Below are positions 13,492-26,399 of a stretch of 64,000 bases of DNA, piece by piece. The notes below the pieces were generated by a model. The model was not told the DNA's origin. It was given only the letters and a program-made list of their open reading frames with translations, and ran no database searches. This stretch comes from the human T2T-CHM13v2.0 reference genome, Homo sapiens: NCBI RefSeq assembly GCF_009914755.1, contig NC_060940.1. One strand, 5' to 3'. Within the stretch, counting starts at the first letter, position 1, and each line of letters opens with the position of its first letter. The position numbers and the translations under genes are program-made.

Positions 13492-14092
13492 CCTGCAGCA
13501 TGTTCTGCACATGGATGCCCCAGCACAGGAGGTCCAGCCACACAAGAGGATGCCCTGCTCCATGCTGGACACACACTAATGGCCCAAGGAGAGCAGAGTT
13601 GGCCCCGGCGCTGTGCCTCCCACCAGCGTCCCACTCTGTGAGGTCTTTCTTTAATCATGAATCCTAAGGGAGGAGGTCTCCTGTGGGGCACAATTGGCCA
13701 GAGGGGCAATGTGGAAGCCTGGCTGCGGCACCAATGTCTCTGTGAATTGCAGCTCCTTTGAGCTCATGGGACCCTTTCTCCAGGTTCCCTGAGCTCCCAG
13801 GTCACTGGTGTCCTTGAGGCAAACACCCTTCCAGAAGCTGTCAGCGGATCCGGGCCTTGGATGGGCTCCTCCCTCTGGGCTTGGCAACCCCGTCTCGGGC
13901 ATCTGCCACCACCCTGCCTTGGTGGCGGTGAGGCTGTCATCATTCTGGGGCTGGGCTGGCGGGAGGTGTCGTGCTGGGGCCAACTCTGTTCTCACTGGGC
14001 CATTGGCCTGAGTCCGGCATGGAGCTGAGCATCCCCTTGTGTGGCCATGACCTCTTGTGCCAGGGGGGTTCATGTGTGGGACATGCTGCAGG
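13492..14092. repeat. Diverged inverted repeat: arms 13492-13627 and 13955-14092, ~327-bp spacer
   Basis: Reverse complement of the right arm aligns to the left arm (~75% by eye); the + and - ORF translations share HTRGC.APC.T..NGP...ELAPA. Confidence 0.85.
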
Positions 14093-14095
14093 GTC

Positions 14096-14273
14096 CTCAG
14101 GACTCAGACAGTGCCTGGCATGTGGCAGGTGCTCTGGCCGTGGCTGGTGGCAGGGACCCTCACTGCGGGCCACCATAGCACGTCCTCAAGGGTGAGGTCA
14201 GGCCCTTCTGGCTGTCTTTGTGCCTGCTCCATTTATTAAATCAAAGCCACCTGTGTTCCCTGGGGTCAGGAGG
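14096..14273 (+). repeat. Dispersed direct repeat, copy 2 (178 bp; partner 11409-11587)
   Basis: Direct comparison. Confidence 0.95.
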
Positions 14274-14846
14274 GGCTGGGCCTGGTTCATTTGTCATTGT
14301 TCAGAGTCAGAAGCTGAGCTCACAGTCTTTCCTCCAAGGTCACACAAGTTCTCCTGGTACCACATCAGCTGATATTGTGGAACATTCTCCTTGAAGGACA
14401 GCAGCCAGTCCCGCTTCTTTGTGCTATTCCTGGAAAGAGATGTGCACAGGCCACATGGGAGACCTCCGTGGGCTCTCCGGCCTTCACTCGGCCAGAGATA
14501 ATTCCCCTGGTGAGTGCTGGGCGGGAGAGATTTCCATGGATTCATTTTCACGGAAAAGACCAAAGCCGTCCAGCCGCCCCTTATCTGTCGGGCCGGTGTC
14601 TGTGTCCTGACAGAGGCCATTTGTCGGCCCCCGCCTCTCCCGCCCTGTCTCCGTGCAACCGCAGCCTGAGTGTAGAGATGGGCGCATCCCTGAACAACCC
14701 TTTCTGCTTCTCCTGACACCCTTTGCAGGGCTGCGGCTTGGGGAGTGGAGTTTAGCAAGCAGTGGGCGAGTCTTGCACTCAGTCCAAAAGTAGCAAGGGA
14801 ACTGATTTGTACCGTGGTCTCACCACTGAAGAACCCCCCGCACCCC

Positions 14847-14914
14847 CAGCAGCTCCTGGAGACATGGATGATGCCAGGACAGCAGCTCCCGGAGACACGG
14901 ATGATGCCGGGGCA
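14847..14914. repeat. 33-bp tandem duplication
   Basis: cagcagctcctggagacatggatgatgccagga x2. Confidence 0.85.
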
Positions 14915-15220
14915 TTGGGCCTCACCTCCTGGCTGCAGCTTTACCCCTGACACGTGCTGGGCAGGCTCTCTTTCCCTCTTTCAGTCTCAGGTTTCTCGTC
15001 AGAAAACAGGCTGAGGAACTGGTCTATAAACTCCTTTGCCCCCAGTGAACTCCTACTTATCCTTCAAAGCCCTGCTCACATGCCCCTCCTCTCCAGGTGG
15101 ACAGGCATTGCCATCCTCCGGCTTTGCTGTGCTCCCCATAGAACTTTCCAGGTGTTGCCTACCTCTGTCAGGCAGGGGCACAGCCCCCCAGCACATCATT
15201 GGGTTCAAAAAACATTTGTT

Positions 15221-15537
<317 letters not shown>

Positions 15538-18500
15538 ATGTGCTGCAAAAATCAATTTAGAGCCGTTTTCCTCTCTGGATTCAGTTACAGCTGTTTTTTG
15601 GTTTTTGTATAAATATTTCGAAGGGCAAGCCATAGCATCTGGGTAAAATCTAGACTTGCCCTCTGAGCTGCCTCCACGTTCAGGTGGGTGTTAGGGTCAT
15701 CCGGAGGGGTTGCTGACAGCAAATAGCTGCTCCCCCTTTGTGGGTGGACTCTCAGTGCCTGGAACAGTGCCCAGGAAGCTGCATTGTGAATCAGCCCTTC
15801 AGGCGACTGGCTGCAGGTGGTCTTTGGACCCCACGGTGAAAATCCTGCCGGCCTGGGAAAAGTGCCGTGAACAGGAAGCACCAGGACTGGGTGGGGCCGA
15901 TTCGGGAGCTTTGAGCTTTCCAGGTTTGAGTTTCCGGACTTTGGGAGGTGACACTCAGGACGGGGGCTGGGAGGTCGCTAATTTTGAGGAAGCAGCCTCT
16001 AAGGAAGAACATGAAACTGGCCCGGCCGTAGAAGCGCCGTGGGGTTCCGGTAGGCAGGCTGTGGAATTCTGCGCCACGTCATTCATCTCTCGCCACGGTG
16101 GGGAAACTGAGGGTAGAGACAGGGGTTTGAATTCCTCAGGCCCCGGGAAGGGGTTTGGAGCCATGGAGTTTGAAAGTATTGTCCAAAGAAGTCCAGGAAG
16201 AAAGTGCTTACGTGTAATTTACGACTCACTAATGAAAATGGCACAGAAGTGACACGCGACTCCAGAGCCAGCACCCGTCCAGGTGAAGCCCCACAGGGCG
16301 CAGCTTTCTGGGACCTCAGCGAGCTGAGCTCCTCCGCCGGCTCAGCCCAAAGGCAGCCCCTCTGCAAACAAAGTCTTATTCTTTGAAACAGGAACCCTCA
16401 GGGGCCGCCTGGGGACTGGTGCCGACTGTCAAACCCAGCAGATGGGCTTCATCCAGGCCTCAACTGTCAGCCTGGACGACCCCAGATCACACGGGCGTGG
16501 GCCGTGGTCAGCCGGGAGCGTCCACGTGGTCAGCCAGCCTGATGTGTTCGGTGACTCAGCCAAAGCTTAAAACACGGAAGCCGGGTAGCGCTGGGCGGCT
16601 GCGTGTCAGAGAATGAGTGTTTCCCGATGGAACGGCGGGATAGAAATGGCCGCAGACTCTCCCTGCTTCCAACCAATTTCGCTTTGCGGTGCTCACCTGT
16701 AAGCGACTGTCCAAAAGTCCACAGATGCGCAGGGCTCTGGGTGAGACCTCTGCCAGGGTGGCGTCTGCTGCAGTCCTTTGCTGTTAATATAGTTGTGTGC
16801 CTCACACCACTGCTTCTAGTGTCTTCCGTGTGGATTGGTAGGCACCATTAGTATCGTAATCATTCTTTTAAAACCAAACAATACTTGTGTGCACCCTCAG
16901 TTGGCTGCTGCTGTAAATGTTCTCCGTAACCCAACCTGCTGGTCGAGAAGGATCCTCGTTCGGCCACTTCTGAATTGCAAGCTACAGCTCCTAAGAACCT
17001 GAGCCCAGGCTTTGGCAGGAAGCCTCCAGCAATTTTTAAGGCACCTTAGTAAAGACGTCCCAGCATTCATCACAGCAAAAGTGCAGAATTGCTCTGAGCA
17101 ACAAAGTCATGGGAACCCAGAAACTCAGAAAACCCTTTTCTGATAAATAAATACTTGTGTAAAAGATGTTTCTGCGGAGGAGCTGATGTTCCCACACCAG
17201 CAGTAGATACTCCCTTCTTAAACAGAAGAGATGGAAACGCCTGCGTCTCAGCTCTTGGGGGCAGGGTGTGGGGAAAGCCCCACAGAGAGAGCTGGCTTTG
17301 GAGAAGATGGCCTGGAGGTGAGGCCATGGGCGGAGGAGGGCAGGCGTCTCAGGCTGTGGATGCAAAAACAATTCTGAGAACTGTAGCGAAAGGAAGATTT
17401 CATTTTAAATGTGTTGAAAAAATCACCATTTGGCTAAGATTCTGCACCAGGCCCCACCTTGCTCTGGCCCTAACGCGTAGCCCTCTGAGATGGGCTTTGG
17501 CGTTGGAAAAGTCATGGGCAGCCATGAGCAGCCTACAGACACGCTCTGGTTTCCATAGCTCTCCAACACTCCTCTGCAGGGTTTCTTCTGGGGCTGGGGG
17601 AGCGCAGCTGCTTTTCCGTCTATGGTGCTGGCCGAGGCTGGGGCCGGGGCCTTGGCAGCTGTGGATTTTGGCTGCCCCCGCGGTCCCGGATCCGTGCTGC
17701 TGATGTCTGCTTGGCCCGCTGGTTGCCTCTCTGTGGAATCTGTCCCTGGCTGGGTCTTCTGTTGAGCCCCCCTGTGCCAGCCCTGACAGTGTCCCGGCGT
17801 CCACAGGCGGGCTCTGTGGTGCTTTGTAGCTACCTCTGTACTAATTGGAAAAAACCATTTGCCCCTACCTGGGCCTCTGGATGGATTTTTTTTTAATGTA
17901 AGAATTACTTAGCAGTTGGTAAATCACTTCCCTCTCTTCATTTCTAGAGAAACTGTCCCTTTCTGGGAAGGCGAGGGTCGGAAGGACTGCAGAGTTGCCA
18001 GGGAGGCCGCAGCCAGGGTGATTTGCTTTGTGTTTCTGACACAAGCCGCCGTCTAATGATTTCCCAGACTTAAACCATTTGCGTTTTCATTAATGGTTTT
18101 GGAGCCGGGGCAAGTTTCTGTCAAGGGGATCAGCTCCAAATGCCGTCTCCTCCACCTCACTGGCCGTGAAGGGCTCTGGCGGGGCACGCCCCCAGCACCC
18201 TGGCTCCGGCTGGCGTCTGCTGCTGTGGTGACGTTCTGCGCTGTATGGGGGGATGGCGTGAGGGTTCCCTCCCACGACAGGATATTTCTTTCTGAACTCC
18301 TGCTGCCCTGGGCAGGTTGGTGGGGCCGGGGGTGTGGACAGTGCCCAGCACAGGCTGGACAGGGTATCCCATTTCCAGCCCAATCTCGTTCTCTCTGCAC
18401 CCCTGGAATGCAGGCGAAGGGGCCGAGTGGCTGCACCACAGCGGAGCCTCCAACCAGGGTGTTCCGGGGTGTCCCCTCACTTTTGTTGGGGGCCTGCAGT

Positions 18501-18841
18501 GGTGCCGGGCTCCACACTGAGCACCCTAACCCCAGCTATTCCCTGTATCCCTTCACATGTAAAGCAATGGGCTGGTCTAGAAGAGTCTCCATTGTCTCTT
18601 CCGATCCTAACACCTTGGTGTCGGTGATGCTACCTGGTGTTTTGGAAGCAAAACAGTGGCTGGGAAAATAAGGTAGAATTTACCCATTGCCCTGAGGATT
18701 TTTCCCGAGTGGGTAGAAGGATGCACCTGCCCGTCACAGGGTGAGGTTGACCTTTGCTTATGGGGACACAAATGGCACGTGCAGGCGAGAAGGTCATAGC
18801 AGCCCTCAGCAGGGTCGCTGACTGTGGACTGCGGGAGGCCT

Positions 18842-19255
18842 TGTGTTAGCCCAGGCCGCCTGCAAGGCACACAGCCCCGGGTGCCTGAGGCAGGCGCTGG
18901 CTGCTGAGAGTTCTGGAGGCTGCAAGTCCAAGGTCAAGGGCCCTACAGAGTTGGATTCCCCGAGGCCTTTCTCCATGGCCTGCGGATGGCACCTCCTCCC
19001 CCATGTCCTCATAGGGCCTTCCCTCTGTGCATACATCGGGGTAGAATGAGAGTGAGAGAGAGAAGGGGAGACAGAAATCCCTGGTGTCTCCTCCTCTCCT
19101 TAGGGGGCACTGGCCCCAGTGGATCAGGGCCCCACTCTCAAAGCCTTATTTATCCTAAGCCCCCTCCTTAAAGGCCCCATCTTCAAATACAGCCACACTG
19201 GGGCCTAATTAAGGCCTCAAGGTATGAATTTGGGGACACAGCTCAATCCACAGGA
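18842..19255 (-). mobile_element. MLT1A/B-like MaLR LTR
   Basis: 'agttctggaggctgcaagtccaaggtcaagg', 'ggccccatcttcaaatacagccacactggg', 'atgaatttggggacaca'. Confidence 0.85.
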
Positions 19256-19347
19256 GGAGTGAATTAGTGCTTCCAGCTTCTCCGGTCCTCTGGTCAGTCT
19301 CCATCCGGTGTGTAATGGCACCTTGCCCAGCCTTCATGCTTTTCTAA

Positions 19348-19730
<383 letters not shown>

Positions 19731-20199
19731 TAGAAAGCTCTGCCATTTCCAGGCCACTGTGTTTCCTGATTGAAGCCTCGCTGGCCTCCAAGGCCAGCAT
19801 ATCCCCATCACCATTTGCTGAGGAGGAGCTGAGGCTCAGAGAGAAGGGCTGGCTGCTCACTTTCCTGTTTGTAAGGGCTGCTTAGACTCGCTATTTTGTG
19901 AGCTGCATGGGGCGGATTCTGTTCATTTGTCTATCACTGTCTGTGTCCCCAGAGCAGCATCTGCCACATCACAGGCAGCTGCCCGTGCCATCGAGGGGAC
20001 GGTGAACGCAGGCAGGGATGTGCACAGGAGTGGCACGGATGGGATTTAAGCCTGGGTCTTCTTGCTCCAGATCATGGGCTTTTTTCCTCACTAACCTGGT
20101 GACTGATGTGACTTATCTACATCCAGGAACAGCTGGCAAGCGCTTCTGGGCAGTGGGGTGTGGGTGGCAGGGTTCAACCCGTGCTTTAATGAGGACATG

Positions 20200-20330
20200 A
20201 GCCACCTGTACGGCAGACAAAATGCAGATCCCGTCTGCAGGTCCATGTGGGGCTGGAGATTCTGCATCACCAGCAGACCCGGGCACCGCAATGCTGCTGG
20301 TTCACAGACCGCATTCCATGGGGTACAGGG
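20200..20330. mobile_element. MER5-like hAT-Charlie fragment
   Basis: 'ggggctggagattctgcat...tgctgctggttcacagaccgcatt'. Confidence 0.55.
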
Positions 20331-20424
20331 CTAGGCTGGCACAGGTGAGAAGATGCAGAGCTGGGGACACAGACACAGAGCCTCCAAGTCCAGAGTGGGC
20401 CATGGAGCGCAGCTGCAAGTGCCG

Positions 20425-21856
20425 GCCCACAGGGCTGAGTTCAAGTCCTGCTTCTGCCATTGGTGTGTGTGCAGCCCCCTGCTGACCCTGCTGAACCTCC
20501 ACTGTTTTGAATGACGGCTTTATTGAGGCATAATTTTCCTACCATACAATTCAGCTTTTTAAAGTGTACAAGTCAGTGATGACTGGTTATAGACATAGAG
20601 GTGTGCAGCCAGCACCAAATCAATTTTAGAGCATTCTTGTTGCCCCAAAAGGAAACTCTGTCCCCACTGAGCAGCCACTCCCATCCTCTCATCCCCCAGC
20701 CTCTGGCAACCAGTCCTCTGCTTCTGCTTCTGTGGATTTGCCAGTTCAGGATGTTTCACAGAACCGGGATCACACAAGACGTGGCCTCTGCCTGTGGCCT
20801 CTTTCACTCCGAATGGCGTTCTCCATCTATGTTGCAGTGTGGACCAGAACCCCATTCCTTTGTATGACTGAATCATATTCCATGGTGTGGATGGACCACA
20901 GTTTATGCATGAATTTGGTGGGAATTTAAGTCGTTTTCACTTTTTGGCCATTACAAATAACGCTGCTGAAAACACTGGTGTGTCAGTTTCTGTGTGGGCA
21001 TCGGCTTTTGGTTCTTGGGTGTGCATGGAGGAGTGGAATTGCTGTGTTTAACTTGAGAAGCTGCACCATGACGTTCCCACTAGCAGTGCATGAGGGCCTC
21101 GTCATCGCCATGTTCTCATCAGCACTCACTGCTGTCTGCCTTCTTCTTACAGCCGTGCTTATAGGTGTGAGGTGCCTCTCGCATGATTGTGACTTGTACT
21201 TCCCTGGTGGCTGATGACACTGAGCACCTTTCCATGTGCTTGCTGGCCATTGTGTATCTGCTTTGGAAAAATGCCTATTTAGTTCTTTTGCCCGTATATT
21301 AATCAGGTTATCTGTCTTTTTATTATTGAGTTGTAGAGGTGCTTTATATAGTCCAGATACAAGTTCCTTATCAGATGTGTGATTTGCAAGTAGTTTCTCC
21401 CATTGTGTGTCTTTTCACTTTCTTGATGATATCTTTTGCACAGAAGTTTTCATCTTGATGCAATTTATTTATTTGTTCTTTTCTTATGGTGCTTTTGGTG
21501 TGATATATAAGAAACCATTGCCTGACCCAGGGTGATAAAGATTAATACCTTTGCTTTCTTCTAAGGCTTTTATAGTCTTACCTCTTACATTTACCCTTGA
21601 TCTACTGTGAGTCCCTTTCTGTGTATGGTATGAGGTAGGGGTTCAGCTCCATCCTATTGCACATGGATATCCAGGTGTCCCGGCACTGTTTGTTGAAGAC
21701 TATTCTTTCTGCATCAAATAGTCTTGATGCCTTTGTTGAAAATCAATTGAACCTACATGTGAGAAGTTGAAGCATTAGATTTATATCTTTGCAATCAGGA
21801 TAAAAATTAATACCTGCATCATATTGCTATTACAAGGGTTGAATGAAATAATTCAC
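20425..21856 (+). mobile_element. MIR split by an L1MB insertion (pieces ~20425-20503 and ~21780-21856)
   Basis: Collinear MIR halves either side of the L1. Confidence 0.55.
20505..21765 (-). mobile_element. L1MB-like LINE 3' end
   Basis: 'ggctttattgaggcataatttt...ttttaaagtgtacaa', continuing through the antisense ORF2 end to 'ttgttgaaaatcaattga'. Confidence 0.9.
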
Positions 21857-23194
21857 AGGAGGGATGTCTTATCCATGCCCTGGCATCCTACAGACTCCTG
21901 GAGCACCAGGTGATGACAAAGTGAGGAGGAAGGACAGGGATGTTCTCTCCTGGAGGGACTTGAGGTGCTGCTGGGGGCTGGCTGGTGGGAAGCAAGCAGC
22001 GTGACCCAGCTGGCTGTGCAGGCAGAGGCTTCACCACTCCCAGCCCTGTCTTGTTGCCATGCCAACAACAGCCTGGCCCACGAACACCCAACCTGGCCAG
22101 CAGGGATGGAAATAATTACTCTGTCTTTTCACAGAGATGGACGATGATCTCAGGTGAGGGGCAGGGATTTGGCACAAAATGTCCTTGGTAACAAAGCCTG
22201 GAAGAAAACACAGCCCCAACAGTCATCTCTAGATGGGCCTCGGTGCCTGGGTTTCCTTGCTGGGCCTCCACAGCCCATGCAGCCGATGCAGGGATGCCAC
22301 TCCCCTCTGCAGGGCTCCTGTGTCCCGGAGGCTCCGCAACCATCACTCATGAGCACCAGGGCGCACAGGCAGCCGGCGCCACCGAGGGACATGCGCTTGT
22401 TGCTCTCTCGGGGCTGAAGCCGACACCCCCACCTCACAGGCTCTCTCAGGAAGGCCTGCTGTCTCAGTGCTCTTTCTCCCTGAACACTCGGTGCCTGATG
22501 GACTCAGTGGAGCCCCACAGCCTCAGGCGTGGGACCCACTCTTCCACACAAGATGTTGCACCACAGGGAGGCCTGGCCTCTGAGCCTCTCTCCTACTCCA
22601 GGAATCCATTTGCACCAATTCCACCTCCTGTGCAAAATTGCATGCGGACAGTTCGAGCCGTGTCCTGGTGAGGGCTCTCCTCTGTGTCACTGTGGCTCAG
22701 AGGGCAGCAAGCCTTGTCTGCCAGCCATGGTGAGGGTGGGACAGCACCCATCTCTCCTCCACCCTCCGCCACCCCCTCCCAAGGCCCCCAAACCTGCTCT
22801 TATCCACAGCACCATGACAGACCCTCTCAGGGGCTGGAAGTGCCATAGCAGATGGACTCTCTCAGGAAAGTTTATTTGGTTGGATGTGGGGCTGGTGAAG
22901 AAATGCCCAGCTCCCCGCTCCTGGTGGTCTCCTGGGCCCCAGATGCCTTCCCTCAGCCCCCATCCCGAGTCTGGGTCCAGGGCTCCAGGTGGGGGCTGCC
23001 TGTGTGTCATTGTTATATGACCGTGCCATCCTCGCCACTGCTGGGTGCCATGCCCATACAAAGTGCTGGCACCTGGTGAGGATGCCTGGGTCTCTGCTGA
23101 ATGACCAGGGATCCTGTGTTGGGGTTCATGGGCCCCTCATCCTCTCCTGTCCCGGAGAGGCAGCTCTAAGACCTGGATGACACACGAGGCTCTG

Positions 23195-23425
23195 AGACTG
23201 AGTGCTTTGCTCAAGGCCAAGGCCACCTGGGCCGGCAACGTGGTCAGGTCCTGCTGCGGGGATGCTCCGGGGGTCTGCTCTTGGGGTGTCCGCCACCCCC
23301 AGGGGATGCCTTATTGCTTGCCTGAGCCCTATAGACTCAGGGTCCAGGGTGGGACGTGAGAATGTGCATTTCTGGCAAGTCCCCTGGGGGTGCTGCTGCT
23401 GGGGCCCCACCTTGAGAACCCTTGT
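23195..23425. mobile_element. MER5-like fragment
   Basis: 'gagaatgtgcatttctggcaagtcccc...ccaccttgagaaccc'. Confidence 0.55.
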
Positions 23426-24262
23426 TAGAGGCAGCCTCTGGGCCACACAGCAGGGAGGCGGGAGATGGGAGGTGGGGGCTGGGAGGCCAGGGAGTGGGGG
23501 CAGCTGTAACAAAGCCGAGGCTCTGTGCTCTCACTGCTAGAGAGTGGGGTGGGGGCATGGGAAGCCCCCGGGGCAGGCAAGGGTGTCTGGGTTGCAGCCC
23601 CACCCACCCCGAGCTGCAAGGCCACATCCTGCCATCTGGGGGTGCTGTGGACCCCATGGGGAGGGTGGGAGAGCTCAGGCTGGGGGCCTCAGACTCTGAC
23701 AGTGGAAGCACCACCTGCCACACCTTGAACTTGGGCACATGCCTGCCTCTGTGCAGAAGCCTGGCCTCATCTCTGCTGTCCCCGGCAGCCTCTTGGTCAG
23801 GACTCAGGGCTGGACAAACTGGCTGAAGCCCACTGTCAGCAGGAGAGGACCATGAGCCTGGAAAACGGAGGGGAAGAGATGGGAGAACGTGGCCACTGCT
23901 GCCCCTCTGCTGGGGAGCTCTGCTACTCTCTTCTAAAGTGGATCTGTGGCCTGTGGACAGCAGCTCCTGCCCTCCCTGGCAGGAAGCCAGGCCGAGTCAG
24001 AGTGCAGACAGGACTGGGGTCTGGGGGGCACCAGGCAGTGCAGGGGGGCAGAGCTCTGCAGGAAGACTCCTTTCCAGCTCCTGGGGCCCAGAATCAAGTT
24101 GTGGTTCCGAACCTACTGGGGCCTTCCGCCATCCTCCTTCCCCAGACCTCGCTGGGGCAGGGACCTCAGCTCCCCAGGTGCGCACGTGCTGGTCCAGTGG
24201 GGCTTCCTATGGGGTGGGTCAGTTTGTACAGAACTTGTGGCCTACGATGTCTTATCAGTGCA

Positions 24263-24443
24263 CTGGTCACGGATGCTCATATGGCTGTGTGGACCACTCT
24301 CACCGTCCTGGTCACGGATGCTCACAGGGCTGTGCAGACCATTCTCACCGTCCTGGTCACGGATGCTCATATGGCTGTGTGGACCACTCACTGTCCTGGT
24401 CACGGATGCTCACAGGGCCGTGCGGACCACTCTCACCATCCTG
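24263..24443. repeat. 45-bp VNTR x4 with A-B-A-B higher-order pattern
   Basis: Units at 24263, 24308, 24353 and 24396; tatggctgtgtgg alternates with cagggcygtgcrg. Confidence 0.93.
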
Positions 24444-25872
24444 CTGGGCAGCGTCTGTCTGTGTGAGCTCTTTCCCCTGCACCCTTGGTTTCCTCAAGAT
24501 TGTCCATATGGTCTCAGGGCACTGCAGATTGTGGAAAAGATCAGGAGTGATTGTGCCTGTGTGTGTCCTGTGCAGTGTGCAGCACCCCAGAGGAGCCGTC
24601 TGTACCGTGCCACGGCTCACGGGTCCATCTGATCCCATCTTCTCAGAGTCCTGGGGGACAGGCCATGGCTCTGTGGATCTCGTGTCCATGTGGTGCACGG
24701 AAGCGCTTCAGGGATCTGGGAAGGGAAGGCCCGGATGGATGAGTGCGGAGCGCGGCGTACGGAGAGAGGGGTGGGAAGGAGCAGCCCTTCCCCGTGTTCT
24801 CGTCTCTAAATCAGCTTCTTGAAGCAAAAACAACAGCTGAGCCTCCTTTTCTGACTTTGAAACAGAGCTGCCTTTCATCAAAGCCTCTAAGTGTTTATAT
24901 TAATGCTTTTCCTATAATTTAAAATTATTTGCCGCATTCTCGGGGCTGTTTCTCACCTCCCGTTGTGCAACGGCTTTCTCGTCTTCACAGACACATGGGC
25001 AGCCATCTCTGTCCCTTGTCACCAGTGGTGGGCGGTGAGGCTGTCATCCCACAAAGCAAGGATGGTCCCTGAGGGATAAGAGAGTGAGGACTGTGAGGCG
25101 TCAGCACAGGCTCACGGGAGGATCCTGCAGAAGAGCTGCCTCCCCCGTCTGAACTGGCAGCCTGTCTGATGGCAGAGGGAGGCAGCAGGTATTTGGACCC
25201 AAGGCTGCCTGGATCACCTCGGGTAGCTTGTTTTCCCCCTTTCTGACTCAGTTTCCTGAAGTGTGAGTTCTGCCGGCTTTTCTCCTATGCCATATGGATG
25301 ATCCTACCTACGCAGCTTTCATCAGTCACACAGAACCCACGGAAGGGTGCTGACCCCTGTGCCTTTTTTCCACATCCCGTGATTGCGACAAGGAAGGAGA
25401 CTGGGTCTGGGGCTAAGGAGCCACGGCTGTCACTTGCCAATCTCCCTTTGGAGCAAAGAGACAGCAAATATCAGGCCTGGAGACTTTGGTGGGCAAGATT
25501 ATCTCTCTAGAATGTAACAGATTTTTAAACGATTTTATTTTTGAAGTGACCTCCCATTGACAGCAAGAGATGCCGGTTTCCTTGTTAGGGCCGGCATCTG
25601 TCTGAGACCGGCATTTTTAACGAGGTGTTGCTGTTGATCACTGCACTGGAACGTGCTTGGGGAGCAAAGGGTGCTGCCTGCGCACTTTGCACTCTGACCT
25701 CGTGCTCCTGGCTCCATCGCGGTCTTTTCTGCGGGTGCGGGAGGCATGTGGGCCGTGGGCAGAGGCCTGGCGAGGCCTGAGAGGAGCCACCAGCCCTTTC
25801 GCTTTTCTCAACTCTTTTCACAACAACTTAGCTAAAATCTTCCCTCTGGGGATCAGGTGGGTCCAGAACAAG

Positions 25873-25944
25873 GGGTTGGGGCACCACTGTGCCTCCCACT
25901 GTTGGTAGGGTTGAGGCACCGCTGTGCCTCCCATTGGTGGTGGG
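25873..25944. repeat. 35-bp tandem duplication
   Basis: gggttgRggcaccRctgtgcctccca x2. Confidence 0.8.
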
Positions 25945-26064
25945 AGAGGCGTGGCACCTGCTGCCCAGCTCTGACATTGCACCTTTTCCCACCCAGCAGC
26001 CTGCGAGATACACTGAGCCACCCAGCCGCCAGCAGGCAGGAACAGTGAGCAGCACAGGAAATCA

Positions 26065-26387
<323 letters not shown>

Positions 26388-26399
26388 GGGTTTTATTAA

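Noticed and set aside
23852-24822. 204-294 aa ORFs in three overlapping frames
   Set aside because: GC-rich sequence plus a VNTR; no recognisable domain, and all frames open is typical of noise
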